DNA of 64,000 nt from Phycisphaerae bacterium (GTDB taxonomy: Bacteria; Planctomycetota; Phycisphaerae; SM23-33). The notes beneath the pieces are model-generated. The model saw only the letters and a list, made by a program, of their open reading frames with translations. It made no database searches and was not told the DNA's origin. A program made the translations under genes and the position numbers. Positions 1 to 9,457 of the stretch are shown here, in pieces (position 1 is the first letter of the stretch; each line of letters opens with the position of its first letter). The stretch covers positions 197,146 through 261,145 of the forward strand of contig JBDKRA010000022.1 in assembly GCA_039683615.1 (NCBI GenBank), read 5' to 3'.

Positions 1-1651
1 TCCGCTGACCAACTACAGCCAGATCGTCGCACGCCAGGACGCCATCGAAGAACTCGCCGAAGATCCGCGCCGCCTGCACGCCCTGCGCGAGCTGCTCAAG
101 AGCGCCTCGCAGATCGACCGGATCGCGGCCAACATCGCCCTGGCGCGCGTGCGCCCGCGCGAGGTCGTGGCCCTGGGTCAGACGCTGACGATGCTGCCCA
201 AACTGGCGGCCATGCTCGAAGGCATCGCCAGCGAGCTGGTCACCGAGCTGGCCCCGCACCTGACGGGGCTGGATGCTCCAGCCCAGCTCATCGCCGGGGC
301 GATCGATCCCGACTGCCCAAACATCTTGCGCGAGGGCGGCGTGATCGCGGCAGGGTACGACCTCGAGCTCGACCGCCTGCGGTCCATCGGCCACGACGGC
401 CAGCGGTGGCTGGCCGAGTACCAGGCGGCCGAGGCCCAGCGCATCGGCGTGCCCAACCTCAAGGTCGGCTTCAACCGCGTCTTCGGGTTCTACATCGAGC
501 TTTCGCACCTGACGGCCGACAAGGCCCCGCCGGACTACATCCGCAAGCAGACGCTCAAGAACGCCGAGCGATACGTCACCGGGCCGCTCAAGCAGTACGA
601 AAGCGAAGTGCTTACGGCCGAGGAGCGGGCCCGCGCGCTCGAGGCGGACATCTTCGAGAAGCTCCGCCTGGCGCTGGCGACGCATCTGGCTGCATTCCAG
701 GCGGCGGCCGAGGCGCTGGCGACACTGGACGTGCTGGGCTCGCTGGCGCAGCTCGCGCGGCATCGGGGATACAAGCGACCGAAAATCACGCAGGACAACG
801 TCCTGCGGATCATCGGCGGGCGCCACCCGGTGCTGGCCGAGCAGCTCCGCGAGCAGTTCGTGCCTAACGACGTCGTCATGGACGCCAAGGACAACCGCCT
901 GCTGATCATCACCGGCCCGAACATGGCCGGCAAAAGCACGTACATCCGCCAGGTAGCGCTGCTGGTGCTGCTGGCGCAGACGGGCAGCTTCATCCCGGCC
1001 GACGAGGCGATGATCGGCCTGGCCGACCGCATCTTCACCCGCGTTGGGGCGGCCGATGAGCTGACGCGCGGGCTGAGCACCTTCATGCTCGAGATGGTCG
1101 AAACGGCCAACATCCTCAACAACGCCACCAGCCGCTCGCTGGTGATTCTGGACGAAGTCGGCCGCGGAACCAGCACGTACGACGGGCTGGCGCTGGCGTG
1201 GGCGATCAGCGAGCACCTGGCGCTGCGCGTGAAGTGCCGCGCGCTGTTCGCCACGCACTACCATGAATTGACGGAGCTCGAGAGCCTCCTCGACGGCACG
1301 AAGAACCTCAATGTGGCCGTGCGCGAGTGGGCGGACGAAGTGATCTTCCTGCACAAGATCACCACCGGCGGAACTGACCGCAGCTACGGCGTGCACGTGG
1401 CGCGGCTGGCCGGCGTGCCGCGCGAGGTCATCGAGCGGGCGCGGGAAATCCTGCCCCAGCTCCAGGCACACCTGGCCGAAGGCCTCGACATGCCCGAGTT
1501 GGCCGAGCGCGCCCGCCAGGCCGCGGCGCAGCTCAACCTCTTCGCCGACGCCCCCGCGCGGATCGCCCGCGAACTCAAGGGCCTGGACCTGAACAACCTG
1601 ACGCCGCTGGAGGCGATGAACACGCTCAAGAGGCTTAAGAGTGAACTGTGA
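1..1651 (+). CDS. mutS: DNA mismatch repair protein MutS, C-terminal ~550 aa; the 5' end lies outside the window
   Basis: The frame is open from nt 2 (PLTNYSQIVARQDAIEEL...). Walker A GPNMAGKSTY, the MutS signature STFMLEM, and TGGTDRSYGVHVARLAG are present. The stop is at 1651. Confidence 0.9.
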   Translation, partial: PLTNYSQIVARQDAIEELAEDPRRLHALRELLKSASQIDRIAANIALARVRPREVVALGQTLTMLPKLAAMLEGIASELVTELAPHLTGLDAPAQLIAGAIDPDCPNILREGGVIAAGYDLELDRLRSIGHDGQRWLAEYQAAEAQRIGVPNLKVGFNRVFGFYIELSHLTADKAPPDYIRKQTLKNAERYVTGPLKQYESEVLTAEERARALEADIFEKLRLALATHLAAFQAAAEALATLDVLGSLAQLARHRGYKRPKITQDNVLRIIGGRHPVLAEQLREQFVPNDVVMDAKDNRLLIITGPNMAGKSTYIRQVALLVLLAQTGSFIPADEAMIGLADRIFTRVGAADELTRGLSTFMLEMVETANILNNATSRSLVILDEVGRGTSTYDGLALAWAISEHLALRVKCRALFATHYHELTELESLLDGTKNLNVAVREWADEVIFLHKITTGGTDRSYGVHVARLAGVPREVIERAREILPQLQAHLAEGLDMPELAERARQAAAQLNLFADAPARIARELKGLDLNNLTPLEAMNTLKRLKSEL

Positions 1652-1752
1652 GTTGGTTGACTGGGTTAACTGGTTGACTGGTTAATGGTAAATTGGGCAT
1701 CTCCAGTTAACGAGTTAACCGGTCAACGAGTCAACCAGCTAACGGAGTGCAT
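1652..1752. repeat. Intergenic imperfect hairpin built from GGTTGACTGG / GTTAAC units (family A, copy 1)
   Basis: ggttgactgggttaactggttgactgg is mirrored by ccggtcaacgagtcaaccag. It is AT-richer than its surroundings. The same unit family recurs at 15161-15245 and 20216-20340. Confidence 0.6.
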
Positions 1753-1754
1753 GC

Positions 1755-2567
1755 ATGCAGAACTACACGCTAGGTATCATCGGCGGGGGCAACATGGCCG
1801 AGGCCCTGGTCCGGGGCATCGTCAACAACAGCCCGCGCGTGCAGGCGTCCAATGTCGTGGTGTCCGATCCGGTATCGGACCGCCGCGAATTGATGACGGC
1901 CATCGGCGCCGAGGCCGTGACAGATAATCTCATTCCCGCCGCGTGTCCCTGCGTCGTGCTGGCGGTCAAACCCCAGACGATGACGGACGTGCTGACGGGC
2001 ATCAACGCCGCCGTCACCGACGGCACGCTCGTCATCTCCATCGCCGCGGGAATCACCACGGCCGCCATCGACCGCGGGCTGGGCGGCAAGGGACGCATCA
2101 TCCGCGTGATGCCCAACACGCCGCTGCTGGTGGGCGAGGGCATGAGCGCCCTGTGCGCCGGCCCGCGCGCCAGCGAAGGCGACATGCGCCAGGCGGAGGA
2201 GTTCTTCGCCTTCCGGGGCAAGACTGTCCGCGTGGAAGAAGACATGATGGACGCCGTGACAGCCGTCTCGGGCTCGGGTCCGGCATACTTCTTCTACCTC
2301 ATAGAGGCGATGATCGAGGCCGGCGTGGCCGAAGGCCTGCCCGAAAGCACCGCCCTGCTCCTGGCCACGCAGACCTGCGCCGGGGCCGCCAAGCTCCTGG
2401 CCGCCGGCACCCAATCTCCCCAAGCCCTGCGCGCCAAAGTCACCAGTCCCCACGGCACGACCGAAGCGGCTATCAAAGTCCTCGACGGCGCGAAGGTCAA
2501 AGAGAAGTTGGTCAAAGCTATCGCCGCCGCCGCCGATCGCAGCCGCGAGCTGGGCAAAAAGAAATAA
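1755..2567 (+). CDS. proC: Pyrroline-5-carboxylate reductase
   Basis: N-terminal Rossmann motif GIIGGGNMAEAL; C-terminal VTSPHGTTEAAIKVL motif; 270 aa. Confidence 0.9.
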   Translation: MQNYTLGIIGGGNMAEALVRGIVNNSPRVQASNVVVSDPVSDRRELMTAIGAEAVTDNLIPAACPCVVLAVKPQTMTDVLTGINAAVTDGTLVISIAAGITTAAIDRGLGGKGRIIRVMPNTPLLVGEGMSALCAGPRASEGDMRQAEEFFAFRGKTVRVEEDMMDAVTAVSGSGPAYFFYLIEAMIEAGVAEGLPESTALLLATQTCAGAAKLLAAGTQSPQALRAKVTSPHGTTEAAIKVLDGAKVKEKLVKAIAAAADRSRELGKKK

Positions 2568-2595
2568 CCGCGAGAATCCTGCGTCGCCCAAAGAG

Positions 2596-2706
2596 AACAC
2601 GAATGTCACGAATGGGGCGAATAGAAGAAACAACAAAACTGATGTGCGCGCTTCTATGCCGTTCCTTATTTCTGCATTAGCTTCATTCGTGACATTCGTG
2701 CTCTCT
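2596..2706. repeat. Hairpin with CACGAATGTCACGAATG arms (family D, copy 1), sited between convergent genes
   Basis: The arms are acacgaatgtcacgaatgg and cattcgtgacattcgtg, with an approximately 70-nt AT-rich loop. A second copy lies at 59605-59729. Confidence 0.55.
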
Positions 2707-2722
2707 TCCAGAACGCGGAAGA

Positions 2723-3988
2723 TCACTTCGCCAGGAACGCCTTAAATGCACCGCCGAAGAGGTTGCGAATGTCGCGGGCGATCTCGGGCTCGGTCGGCCG
2801 CCAGCCGTCGTTGAAGAGTTTCGTGTAGCGCTCGACGAGCACTTTCTCAGCGATGCGCTTGGCGTGGGCCCATTTGTAGATCACCTGGTCGACCACGCGC
2901 GCGTCGCTGTGCTGGAGCGTGAAGGCCGTCCCCAGCAGCTCCAGGCGCATGCGGGTCATCTCTTCGATGATGCTGGCGTTGTTGCAGAACCACCAGCAGC
3001 CCTCGATGTGCAGATTGCGGAACTTGCGGCCGAGCACCGTCAACTCGTGCTGGTTCGCCCGGGCGAGCATCGTCACGATGAACTTGGCGGAGGGGAACTC
3101 GCGGCAGAGATTTTCCACCGCCCGCACGTCGGCCACGCCCAGGCCGTCGCCGCCGTCGCGCAGCGGCGGGTTCACGCCGCGGCGCACGCCGATCATCATC
3201 GCCAGCGGCACGCCCAACTCCATCGCCACCGGCACGACGACATTCTGCACCACCTGCGGTGCGGTCGTGCCTTCGGGATACACGAACGTCGGCGGCAGCG
3301 AGGCCGCCAGGTACGTCGGCTTGAGAATCTTCGCCCAATCGAGAAGGAACCTGCGGGCCTCTGCGAAGCTGACGCTGCCGCCGGCGGGCTGGGCGTCGTA
3401 GCCCTGGGTCTGCAACAGCCGGCAGGCTCCGGGCCAATCCACAATCAGAGTGTCGATGCGCAGGGCGGTCTTGAGGAACGCCGGCACCGGCCGTACGGGC
3501 TTGGCCTTCCAGCACTTGACCTCTTCGGCCTTGAACGGGTCGTTGGTCATCACGGCGTAGTCGATGTGCGTCTGCTCGAAGACGCGGGCGAGATAATCCT
3601 CGGCCGTTTGCGCCGCGTACCACTTGCGGATGCTGCTCAGGTCGCGTGGGCCGGCGTCGATGCCCAGCAGGTTGAGGGTGGTCACCACGCCGCCGGCCAC
3701 TTCGCTCATTGCCCCGCCCTCGATGAACACGTGCTTCCAGACCAGGTCGGCCTGGGCGGCCTTGGGCATGGCCCAGAACTTTTCCGGAGTCAGCGACCGC
3801 GGGGCTACCATGAACAGTTCCGCAACCAGGTAGTGGTACGTCAGCAGGTCGTCGATACCCCATAGCATCAGTCCCCCGTGCGAGGGCGGGAAGAGGTGCG
3901 TATGGATGTCGGTGATGGGGGTCGACGCGATACAGCGGCGGACGGCCTGCTGCAGCGAAGCGGTATCAATCAGCGCGGCCATTGTCAT
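2723..3988 (-). CDS. Amidohydrolase-superfamily protein resembling uronate isomerase (UxaC-like)
   Basis: The N-terminus ITDIHTHLFPP...YHYLVAELF parallels the UxaC IDYHCHL...DHYKWR pattern. The start is placed at MTMAALID (ATG 3988), because the 160 aa the ORF track puts upstream are low-complexity R/P/G typical of a GC artefact. The start overlaps the lpxA stop (TAATG). Confidence 0.55.
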   Translation of the reverse strand: MTMAALIDTASLQQAVRRCIASTPITDIHTHLFPPSHGGLMLWGIDDLLTYHYLVAELFMVAPRSLTPEKFWAMPKAAQADLVWKHVFIEGGAMSEVAGGVVTTLNLLGIDAGPRDLSSIRKWYAAQTAEDYLARVFEQTHIDYAVMTNDPFKAEEVKCWKAKPVRPVPAFLKTALRIDTLIVDWPGACRLLQTQGYDAQPAGGSVSFAEARRFLLDWAKILKPTYLAASLPPTFVYPEGTTAPQVVQNVVVPVAMELGVPLAMMIGVRRGVNPPLRDGGDGLGVADVRAVENLCREFPSAKFIVTMLARANQHELTVLGRKFRNLHIEGCWWFCNNASIIEEMTRMRLELLGTAFTLQHSDARVVDQVIYKWAHAKRIAEKVLVERYTKLFNDGWRPTEPEIARDIRNLFGGAFKAFLAK

Positions 3989-4815
3989 TACTCCTCGCCG
4001 GTCATGACGCGGCGGCGCAGCGGGCACAGGCCGCGATTGTGGGGCTTGCGCGCCTCGCGCACGTTGCGGATGAACTGGCGGAACTCCGATGCCGCCCACC
4101 CCCACTCGGTATGGGCGTCCATCGCGGCGAGTGACTCCTTGGCCGACAGGTGCCGGCGATAGACCAGCTTGAAGGCTTCCTTCACCTCGGCGCGATCTTT
4201 CTCGGTGACCTTGGGGTTTCGCCGCAGGCCGATGGCGTTGAGACCGACGCAGCAGTTGATGTTTGCGCAGAGCGTGAAGGGCGCCACATGCGTGCTGAAG
4301 CCGCTCTGCCCCTGCGTCATGACGTTGCGACCGATCCAGCAGAACTGGTGCACCAGGGCGTGGGCTGACAGGATCGCGCCGGTGCCGACGGTGGCGTGGC
4401 CGCCGACAGCCGAGCCGTTGACGAGGATGACGTTGTCTTCGATGACGGCGTTGTGCCCGGCATGGGCACTGGCCATCCACATCGTGTTGTTGCCGACGAC
4501 CGTCGTGTTGCCCTCGCCGGTGGCGCGAGAGATGGTGACGTACTCGCGGATGATGTTATGGTCGCCGATGCGAACGTAGCTGACCTGCTTGGGGTCGAAC
4601 TTGAAGTCCTGCGGGTCGCCGCCGATGACGGTGTGGCTGTCGACGAAGTTGCCTTGGCCCATCGTGGTGTAGCGACGGATCACCACGCCCGAGCGCAGGA
4701 CCGTGCCGGCCCCGAGGGTGACACCGTCTTCGACGATGCAGTAGGGACCGATTTCCACGTCATCGCCCAGTTGGGCCCCGGCGTCCACGATGGCGGTGGG
4801 ATGTATTTTCGACAT
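3988..4815 (-). CDS. lpxA: Acyl-ACP--UDP-N-acetylglucosamine O-acyltransferase
   Basis: Left-handed beta-helix hexapeptide repeats (IHPTAIVDAGAQLGDDVEIGPYCIVEDGVTLGAGTVL...) plus the LpxA C-terminal helical region. The start is at MSKIHPT (ATG 4815), so the track's first 17 aa are an extension. Confidence 0.85.
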   Translation of the reverse strand: MSKIHPTAIVDAGAQLGDDVEIGPYCIVEDGVTLGAGTVLRSGVVIRRYTTMGQGNFVDSHTVIGGDPQDFKFDPKQVSYVRIGDHNIIREYVTISRATGEGNTTVVGNNTMWMASAHAGHNAVIEDNVILVNGSAVGGHATVGTGAILSAHALVHQFCWIGRNVMTQGQSGFSTHVAPFTLCANINCCVGLNAIGLRRNPKVTEKDRAEVKEAFKLVYRRHLSAKESLAAMDAHTEWGWAASEFRQFIRNVREARKPHNRGLCPLRRRVMTGEE

Positions 4816-4883
4816 TGCCAAAACTCCTGCGGGCCTGGCCCGCGCAACAAGGCCGCACATTATCACAGATTGCGGCGGAAAAG

Positions 4884-4976
4884 CTAGTAGCCGGTATGGT
4901 AGCCAGTAGCCAGTAGCCCGTAGCCAGTCAGATTCGCATTAATCCCCGTTACTGGCTACCGGCTACCGGCTACTGG
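4884..4976. repeat. Hairpin built from CCAGTAGCC / GGCTACTGG units (family B, copy 1), sited between divergent genes
   Basis: agtagccggtatggtagccagtagccagtagcccgtagccagt is answered by actggctaccggctaccggctactgg, with a 20-nt loop. The second copy is at 16068-16142. Confidence 0.55.
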
Positions 4977-4998
4977 TTTTTCTGGGTATAATCTCCAG

Positions 4999-5901
4999 TT
5001 GCATTCCATGACTCAGGAAAGAACAACACGCACGCTCCATGATCTGCTGGGCCCGTGCGGGCGGCGATTTGAGGGTGACCTGGCGAAGTGGCTGGTCGAG
5101 CCGGGCACGCCCGAGTCGCTGGCGGCGGCGATGCGATACTGCACCGAAGGCGGTAAGCGATTGCGCCCGTCGCTGGTGTACCTTTCAGCCACGGCCGTCG
5201 GCGGCGACACTGCGCCGCAGGCGGAACTCGTCGGGCGCTGCGCCGCAGCGGTGGAGTTGATCCACTGCTACAGCCTCGTGCATGACGATCTGCCGGCGAT
5301 GGACGACGACGCGCTGCGGCGGGGGCGCCCCACCGCTCACGTCAAGTTCGGCGAGGCGATGGCGATTCTCGTCGGCGACGCGCTGCTGACGCGGGCGTTT
5401 GGCCTGCTCGGCGGCGGGCCCCGCGCGGGGCAACTGGTGAGCGAACTGGCCGGCGCGGCCGGCGGGGCGGCGCTCATCGCCGGGCAAGTGGCCGACATGA
5501 ATCTCTGCGCCGTAGAAAAGGGAATCGAGGGCCTGCAGCGCATTCACCAGCGCAAGACCGCCGCCCTGATAGCGGCCGCCACAGTTCTGGGGGGTATCTG
5601 CGGCGGTGCAGCCGATACAATAGTGGAATCCCTGCGGGCCTACGGGCAGATGCTGGGCCTGGCGTTTCAGGTCGTCGACGACATCCTGGATGTCACTGGC
5701 AGCGCCGGCGAGCTGGGCAAGACGCCCGGCAAGGACAGCCGCCAGGCCAAGCGGACCGCCGTGACAGAACTGGGCATGCAGGGCGCGGCCGAACTGGCGG
5801 ATGCACTTGCCGCAAAGGCGGTCGCAGCCTTGGCCCCGCTGGGGCCGCGCGGCGCAGACCTGGCGGACTTGGCGGACCTGCTGACGCGGCGGACAAACTA
5901 A
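4999..5901 (+). CDS. ispA: Polyprenyl diphosphate synthase (FPP/GGPP synthase, IspA family)
   Basis: First aspartate-rich motif LVHDDLPAMDDDALRRG and second motif FQVVDDILD. Confidence 0.85.
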   Translation: MHSMTQERTTRTLHDLLGPCGRRFEGDLAKWLVEPGTPESLAAAMRYCTEGGKRLRPSLVYLSATAVGGDTAPQAELVGRCAAAVELIHCYSLVHDDLPAMDDDALRRGRPTAHVKFGEAMAILVGDALLTRAFGLLGGGPRAGQLVSELAGAAGGAALIAGQVADMNLCAVEKGIEGLQRIHQRKTAALIAAATVLGGICGGAADTIVESLRAYGQMLGLAFQVVDDILDVTGSAGELGKTPGKDSRQAKRTAVTELGMQGAAELADALAAKAVAALAPLGPRGADLADLADLLTRRTN

Positions 5902-5902
5902 A

Positions 5903-5950
5903 GTAGCATGGGCATCTTGCCCATGAGTCACACGGGCGTCTCGCCCGTGC
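5903..5950. repeat. Pair of GC palindromes CATGGGCATCTTGCCCATG and CACGGGCGTCTCGCCCGTG (family F)
   Basis: Two adjacent 8-bp-stem hairpins with tct loops sit between ispA and dxs. The related GTAGCACGGGCG elements are at 26876-26936, 28112-28245 and 49222-49322. Confidence 0.45.
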
Positions 5951-5965
5951 AGGCTTGAGGAAGAA

Positions 5966-7864
5966 TTGATGCCACAGCAACGGTTGCTCGACAGGATCGT
6001 CACGCCGCACCAGTTGCGCCGCCTCAGCGAGGAGCAGCTCGTGCAGGTCGCCGACGAGTTGCGGCAGCGGATCATCGAGGTCGTCTCGAGCAACGGCGGG
6101 CACCTGGCCAGCAACCTGGGCATCGCGGAGTTGACCGTCGCGCTGCACAACGTCTTCGATTTCTCGCACGACCGGCTGCTCTGGGACGTCGGCCACCAGT
6201 GCTACGCCCACAAGCTGCTGACGGGGCGCGGCGAACGGTTCTCCACGCTGCGCCAGGCCGGGGGCATCAGCGGCTTTCCCGCCCCGTCCGAGAGCCTGTA
6301 CGACCTGTTCGCCACCGGCCACGCCGGCACGGCGATATCGACGGCGGCGGGGATGGCCTGGGCCGACCAGATCGCCGGGCGCGACACGCGCGTGGTGGCG
6401 GTGGTGGGCGATGGGAGCATCGTCAACGGCCTGTCGCTGGAGGGGCTCAACAACGCGGCGCTGCTCAAACGGCAGTTCCTGATCGTGCTCAATGATAACT
6501 CGATGTCGATCGACCCCTCGCAGGGCGCCCTGGCGGGCATGTTGGACCGCGTCCGCACCTCGCACACGTACAGCGACATCAAGCAGTCGACCGAGACCAT
6601 GCTCCAGCGCCTGCCGCTGGGCGAGGAAATTTCTGAAGCCCTCCGCCAGATCAAGGCCGGCCTGCGGACCACGCTGCACGGGGGCAGCTTCTTCGAGTCG
6701 CTGGGCATCGCGTATTTCGGCCCCGTCGACGGGCACAACATCCACGCCCTGGTGCACATCCTGGGCCGCCTGGCGGCCGTCAACCAGCCCGTCGTCCTGC
6801 ACGTTCACACGCAAAAGGGCCGCGGCTGCCAATACGCCGTCGAAGACCCCTGCCGGTTCCACAGCCCGCCGGCGTACGTCATCGAGGAAGGCAAGGCCGT
6901 CTTCGCCAAGACCGAGAACCCCTCCTGGACGGCGGCGTTCTCGGAGATCCTGGTGGACCTGGCCGCGGCGGATGAACGCATCATGGCCATCACGGCTGCC
7001 ATGCCCGACGGGACGGGACTGTCGGAGTTCCGCGCGGCATATCCGGGCCGATTCGTCGACGTGGGCATCAGCGAGTCGCACGCGGTGGCGATGGCGGCCG
7101 GGCTGTCGCGCGCGGGGCTGCGGCCGGTCGTGGCGATCTATTCGACCTTCATGCAGCGCGCGGTGGACCAGGTCTTCCAGGAACTGGCGCTGCAAAAGCT
7201 GCCGGCGCTGCTGTGCATGGACCGCGCGGGCCTGGTCGGCTCGGACGGTGCCGTGCACCAGGGCTTCATGGACATCGCGATGTTCCGCGCCGTGCCGGGC
7301 ATGGTGCTGATGGCCCCCGGCGACGCCGAAGAACTGCGGGCCGCGATGACCTTTGCGCTGTCGCTGGAGGGTCCTGTGGCCATCCGCTACCCGCGCGACG
7401 AGATTCCCCCGCCGCTGCAAGGCCCATGCCCGCCGTTCGAGCTGGGCAAGAGCCGCTGCGTGCGCGAAGGCGCCGACGCGGCCATCTTCGCCTACGGCGC
7501 GATGGTCGAGCAGGCCCTCGACGCCGCGGGGGAATTGGCCGGCAACGGCATCGAGACGGCTGTCTACAGCGCCCGATTCGCCAAGCCGCTCGACGCGGCG
7601 ACCCTCGCAACCCTGATCGCCAGCCGCCGCCCGCTGCTGGTGGTGGAAGACCACGCCGTCGTCGGCGGGCTGGGCTCAGCCGTGCTGGAACTGGCCGCAC
7701 AAAAAGGGCTCGACGCCTCCAACGTCCGCCTGGCGGGCCTGCCCGATAAGTTCATCTCGCACGCCTCGCGCAGCGAGCAGCTAGGGCGAGTCGGCCTCGA
7801 CGGCACGCACCTGGCCGCGACCATGCGCGAAATGCTCAGGAAGAATGCAACCAACAGAAGTTAG
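5966..7864 (+). CDS. dxs: 1-deoxy-D-xylulose-5-phosphate synthase
   Basis: GGHLASNLGIAELTVALH, GHQCYAHKLLTGR, and the TPP-binding and transketolase-like C-terminal regions are present. The ispA-dxs order is the classical one. Confidence 0.95.
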   Translation: MMPQQRLLDRIVTPHQLRRLSEEQLVQVADELRQRIIEVVSSNGGHLASNLGIAELTVALHNVFDFSHDRLLWDVGHQCYAHKLLTGRGERFSTLRQAGGISGFPAPSESLYDLFATGHAGTAISTAAGMAWADQIAGRDTRVVAVVGDGSIVNGLSLEGLNNAALLKRQFLIVLNDNSMSIDPSQGALAGMLDRVRTSHTYSDIKQSTETMLQRLPLGEEISEALRQIKAGLRTTLHGGSFFESLGIAYFGPVDGHNIHALVHILGRLAAVNQPVVLHVHTQKGRGCQYAVEDPCRFHSPPAYVIEEGKAVFAKTENPSWTAAFSEILVDLAAADERIMAITAAMPDGTGLSEFRAAYPGRFVDVGISESHAVAMAAGLSRAGLRPVVAIYSTFMQRAVDQVFQELALQKLPALLCMDRAGLVGSDGAVHQGFMDIAMFRAVPGMVLMAPGDAEELRAAMTFALSLEGPVAIRYPRDEIPPPLQGPCPPFELGKSRCVREGADAAIFAYGAMVEQALDAAGELAGNGIETAVYSARFAKPLDAATLATLIASRRPLLVVEDHAVVGGLGSAVLELAAQKGLDASNVRLAGLPDKFISHASRSEQLGRVGLDGTHLAATMREMLRKNATNRS

Positions 7865-7950
7865 CGGTCGAGCCCCCAGGGGATCTGCGACTTGCTCGAC
7901 GCGGTTTCTCCTGCTCGACCGCCGCGTGGGGCAAGCCCCGCCGCCAACTT
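7864..7950. repeat. Conserved post-stop element GTCGAGCCCCCAGGGGATCTGCGACTTGCTCGAC, followed by GGGGCAAGCCCCGCCGC (family E, copy 1)
   Basis: It starts immediately after the dxs stop. A near-identical 34-nt core lies after the stop of the gene ending at 39913, and the GGGGCAAGCCCCGCCGC part recurs at about 43020. Confidence 0.5.
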
Positions 7951-7967
7951 TCGCTGCTGGCATCTTT

Positions 7968-9038
7968 CTATAGAATCAGCATGGCGTCGCCGTAGGAGAA
8001 GAAGCGGTATTTCTCGGCTACGGCTTGGGCGTAGGCGTCCAGGATCGTCTTGACGCCTTTGGTCGAACCGGGGCTGGCGAAGGCGGCTACCAGCATCAGC
8101 AGCGTGCTCCTGGGCAGGTGAAAGTTCGTAATCAGCGCATCGACGCAGCGGAAGTGCGCGGGGGGATAGATGAAGATATCGGTCCAGCCGCTATCCGCAG
8201 CGAGCGTTGAACCTTGTCTGGCGGCGAGCGTCTCCAGAACGCGCACCGACGTGGTGCCGACGGCCACGATGCGCCTGCCGGCAGCGCGGGCGGCGTTTAG
8301 TCTGGCGGCCGCGGGGACTGAGAGCTCGTACCATTCGCTGTGCATCAGGTGGTCCGCCAGGCGCTCGGCCTTGACCGGTGCGAACGTGCCGACTCCCACG
8401 TGCAGCGTTACGCTGACCTGCTCGACGCCCATGTCGGCCAGTTGCGCCAGCAGTTCCTGTGTGAAGTGCAGCCCGGCCGTCGGGGCGGCCACGGCGCCGT
8501 CGCAGGCAGCGTAGACGGTCTGGTATCGCCGGCGGTCCTGTTCGTCGCCGGCCTGGGGATCGCGGCGGATGTACGGTGGCAGGGGAATCGTGCCGGCGCG
8601 GGCAAGGATGGCGGCAGCCGGTTCCAGCGCCGAACCGTTCACGAGCCAGCAGCCTTGTCCGAGATTTCGCTCCAGGATCAGCGAGACGTCCTGGGCTCGC
8701 TCCATGACGAGCGTTTCGCCGGCTTTGCACCGCCCGGCGCCTTTGAGGAGGACTTGCCACTGGCGCGGCGGGGCCTGGTGAAGGAAGAGGCCTTCGATGC
8801 GTCCGCCCGAGGCGCGACGGCAGACGAAGCGGGCTGGCAGGACTCGCGTGTCGTTGACCACCAGCACGTCGCCGCGGCGCAGGAACTGTGGCAGATCGGC
8901 AAAGGTGCGGTGGCTGACGACACCGCCAGGGCGATCGAGAACCATCAGCCGCGACTGCCCCCTCTGCGGCGAGGGGAACTGCGCGATCAACCCGGCAGGC
9001 AGAGCGTAGTCAAAATCACTTGTGCAAGGCGTGTCCAC
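7968..9038 (-). CDS. queA: S-adenosylmethionine:tRNA ribosyltransferase-isomerase
   Basis: FDYALPAGLIAQFP, PLPPYIRR, and GTTSVRVLE motifs are present. Confidence 0.9.
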   Translation of the reverse strand: MDTPCTSDFDYALPAGLIAQFPSPQRGQSRLMVLDRPGGVVSHRTFADLPQFLRRGDVLVVNDTRVLPARFVCRRASGGRIEGLFLHQAPPRQWQVLLKGAGRCKAGETLVMERAQDVSLILERNLGQGCWLVNGSALEPAAAILARAGTIPLPPYIRRDPQAGDEQDRRRYQTVYAACDGAVAAPTAGLHFTQELLAQLADMGVEQVSVTLHVGVGTFAPVKAERLADHLMHSEWYELSVPAAARLNAARAAGRRIVAVGTTSVRVLETLAARQGSTLAADSGWTDIFIYPPAHFRCVDALITNFHLPRSTLLMLVAAFASPGSTKGVKTILDAYAQAVAEKYRFFSYGDAMLIL

Positions 9039-9223
9039 AGGGAAGTTACCTACGATCTCCTAGGTGCTTTCTCCTATCATTTTCCGATTTTCCTAACAGT
9101 TCACGCAAAGGTCAATCTTAAAGCAACTTGTTCTTCTGTAGTAAGTTACCGCCTTAGTACAAGGGTTATGCACAAATTGTTCACAGCCATTGCCCCGGCC
9201 TTCCGATAAAGAGTAAGTGCCTT

Positions 9224-9457
9224 TTGGCGAGGAACCCGATGCCCCCGAAGCATGCAATAAAGTTTGTCGCTGCCCTGCAGACGCTGGACCGCCCGGAGCT
9301 CGTCCGCCTGCTGCGGGCCATCCGATGCGATTTTGAGATGGATTTCACCGACGACTTCCTGGCCGATATCAGCATTGAGAGGCTTCGACACATTCTCACC
9401 GCCGCCAGCCTTCACGCCACCAATCTGGGGCGCCTCAGTCAGGCCGGCACGTCGTAG
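9224..9457 (+). CDS. Small hypothetical protein, 77 aa, of uncertain reality
   Basis: The ORF sits in an AT-rich divergent promoter region, has non-repetitive composition, and overlaps the 3' end of lpxI by about 23 nt on the opposite strand. There is no homology support. Confidence 0.25.
   Translation: MARNPMPPKHAIKFVAALQTLDRPELVRLLRAIRCDFEMDFTDDFLADISIERLRHILTAASLHATNLGRLSQAGTS

Noticed and set aside
2723-4480. Long N-terminal extensions in the ORF track for several genes: the UxaC-like gene, lpxA, abfA, marR, hpt, aas, lplT, hisH, hisA, rho, the 29864-31630 gene and the 55667-59566 gene.
   Set aside because: The extensions are low-complexity or overlap the upstream gene or the tRNA. Internal ATG/GTG starts give conserved N-termini or signal peptides, so the starts were trimmed.
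9040-9230. AT-rich segment between queA and the 77-aa ORF, as possible foreign DNA or an sRNA.
   Set aside because: It is adequately explained as a divergent promoter region for queA and downstream genes. There is no structured repeat or conserved motif.
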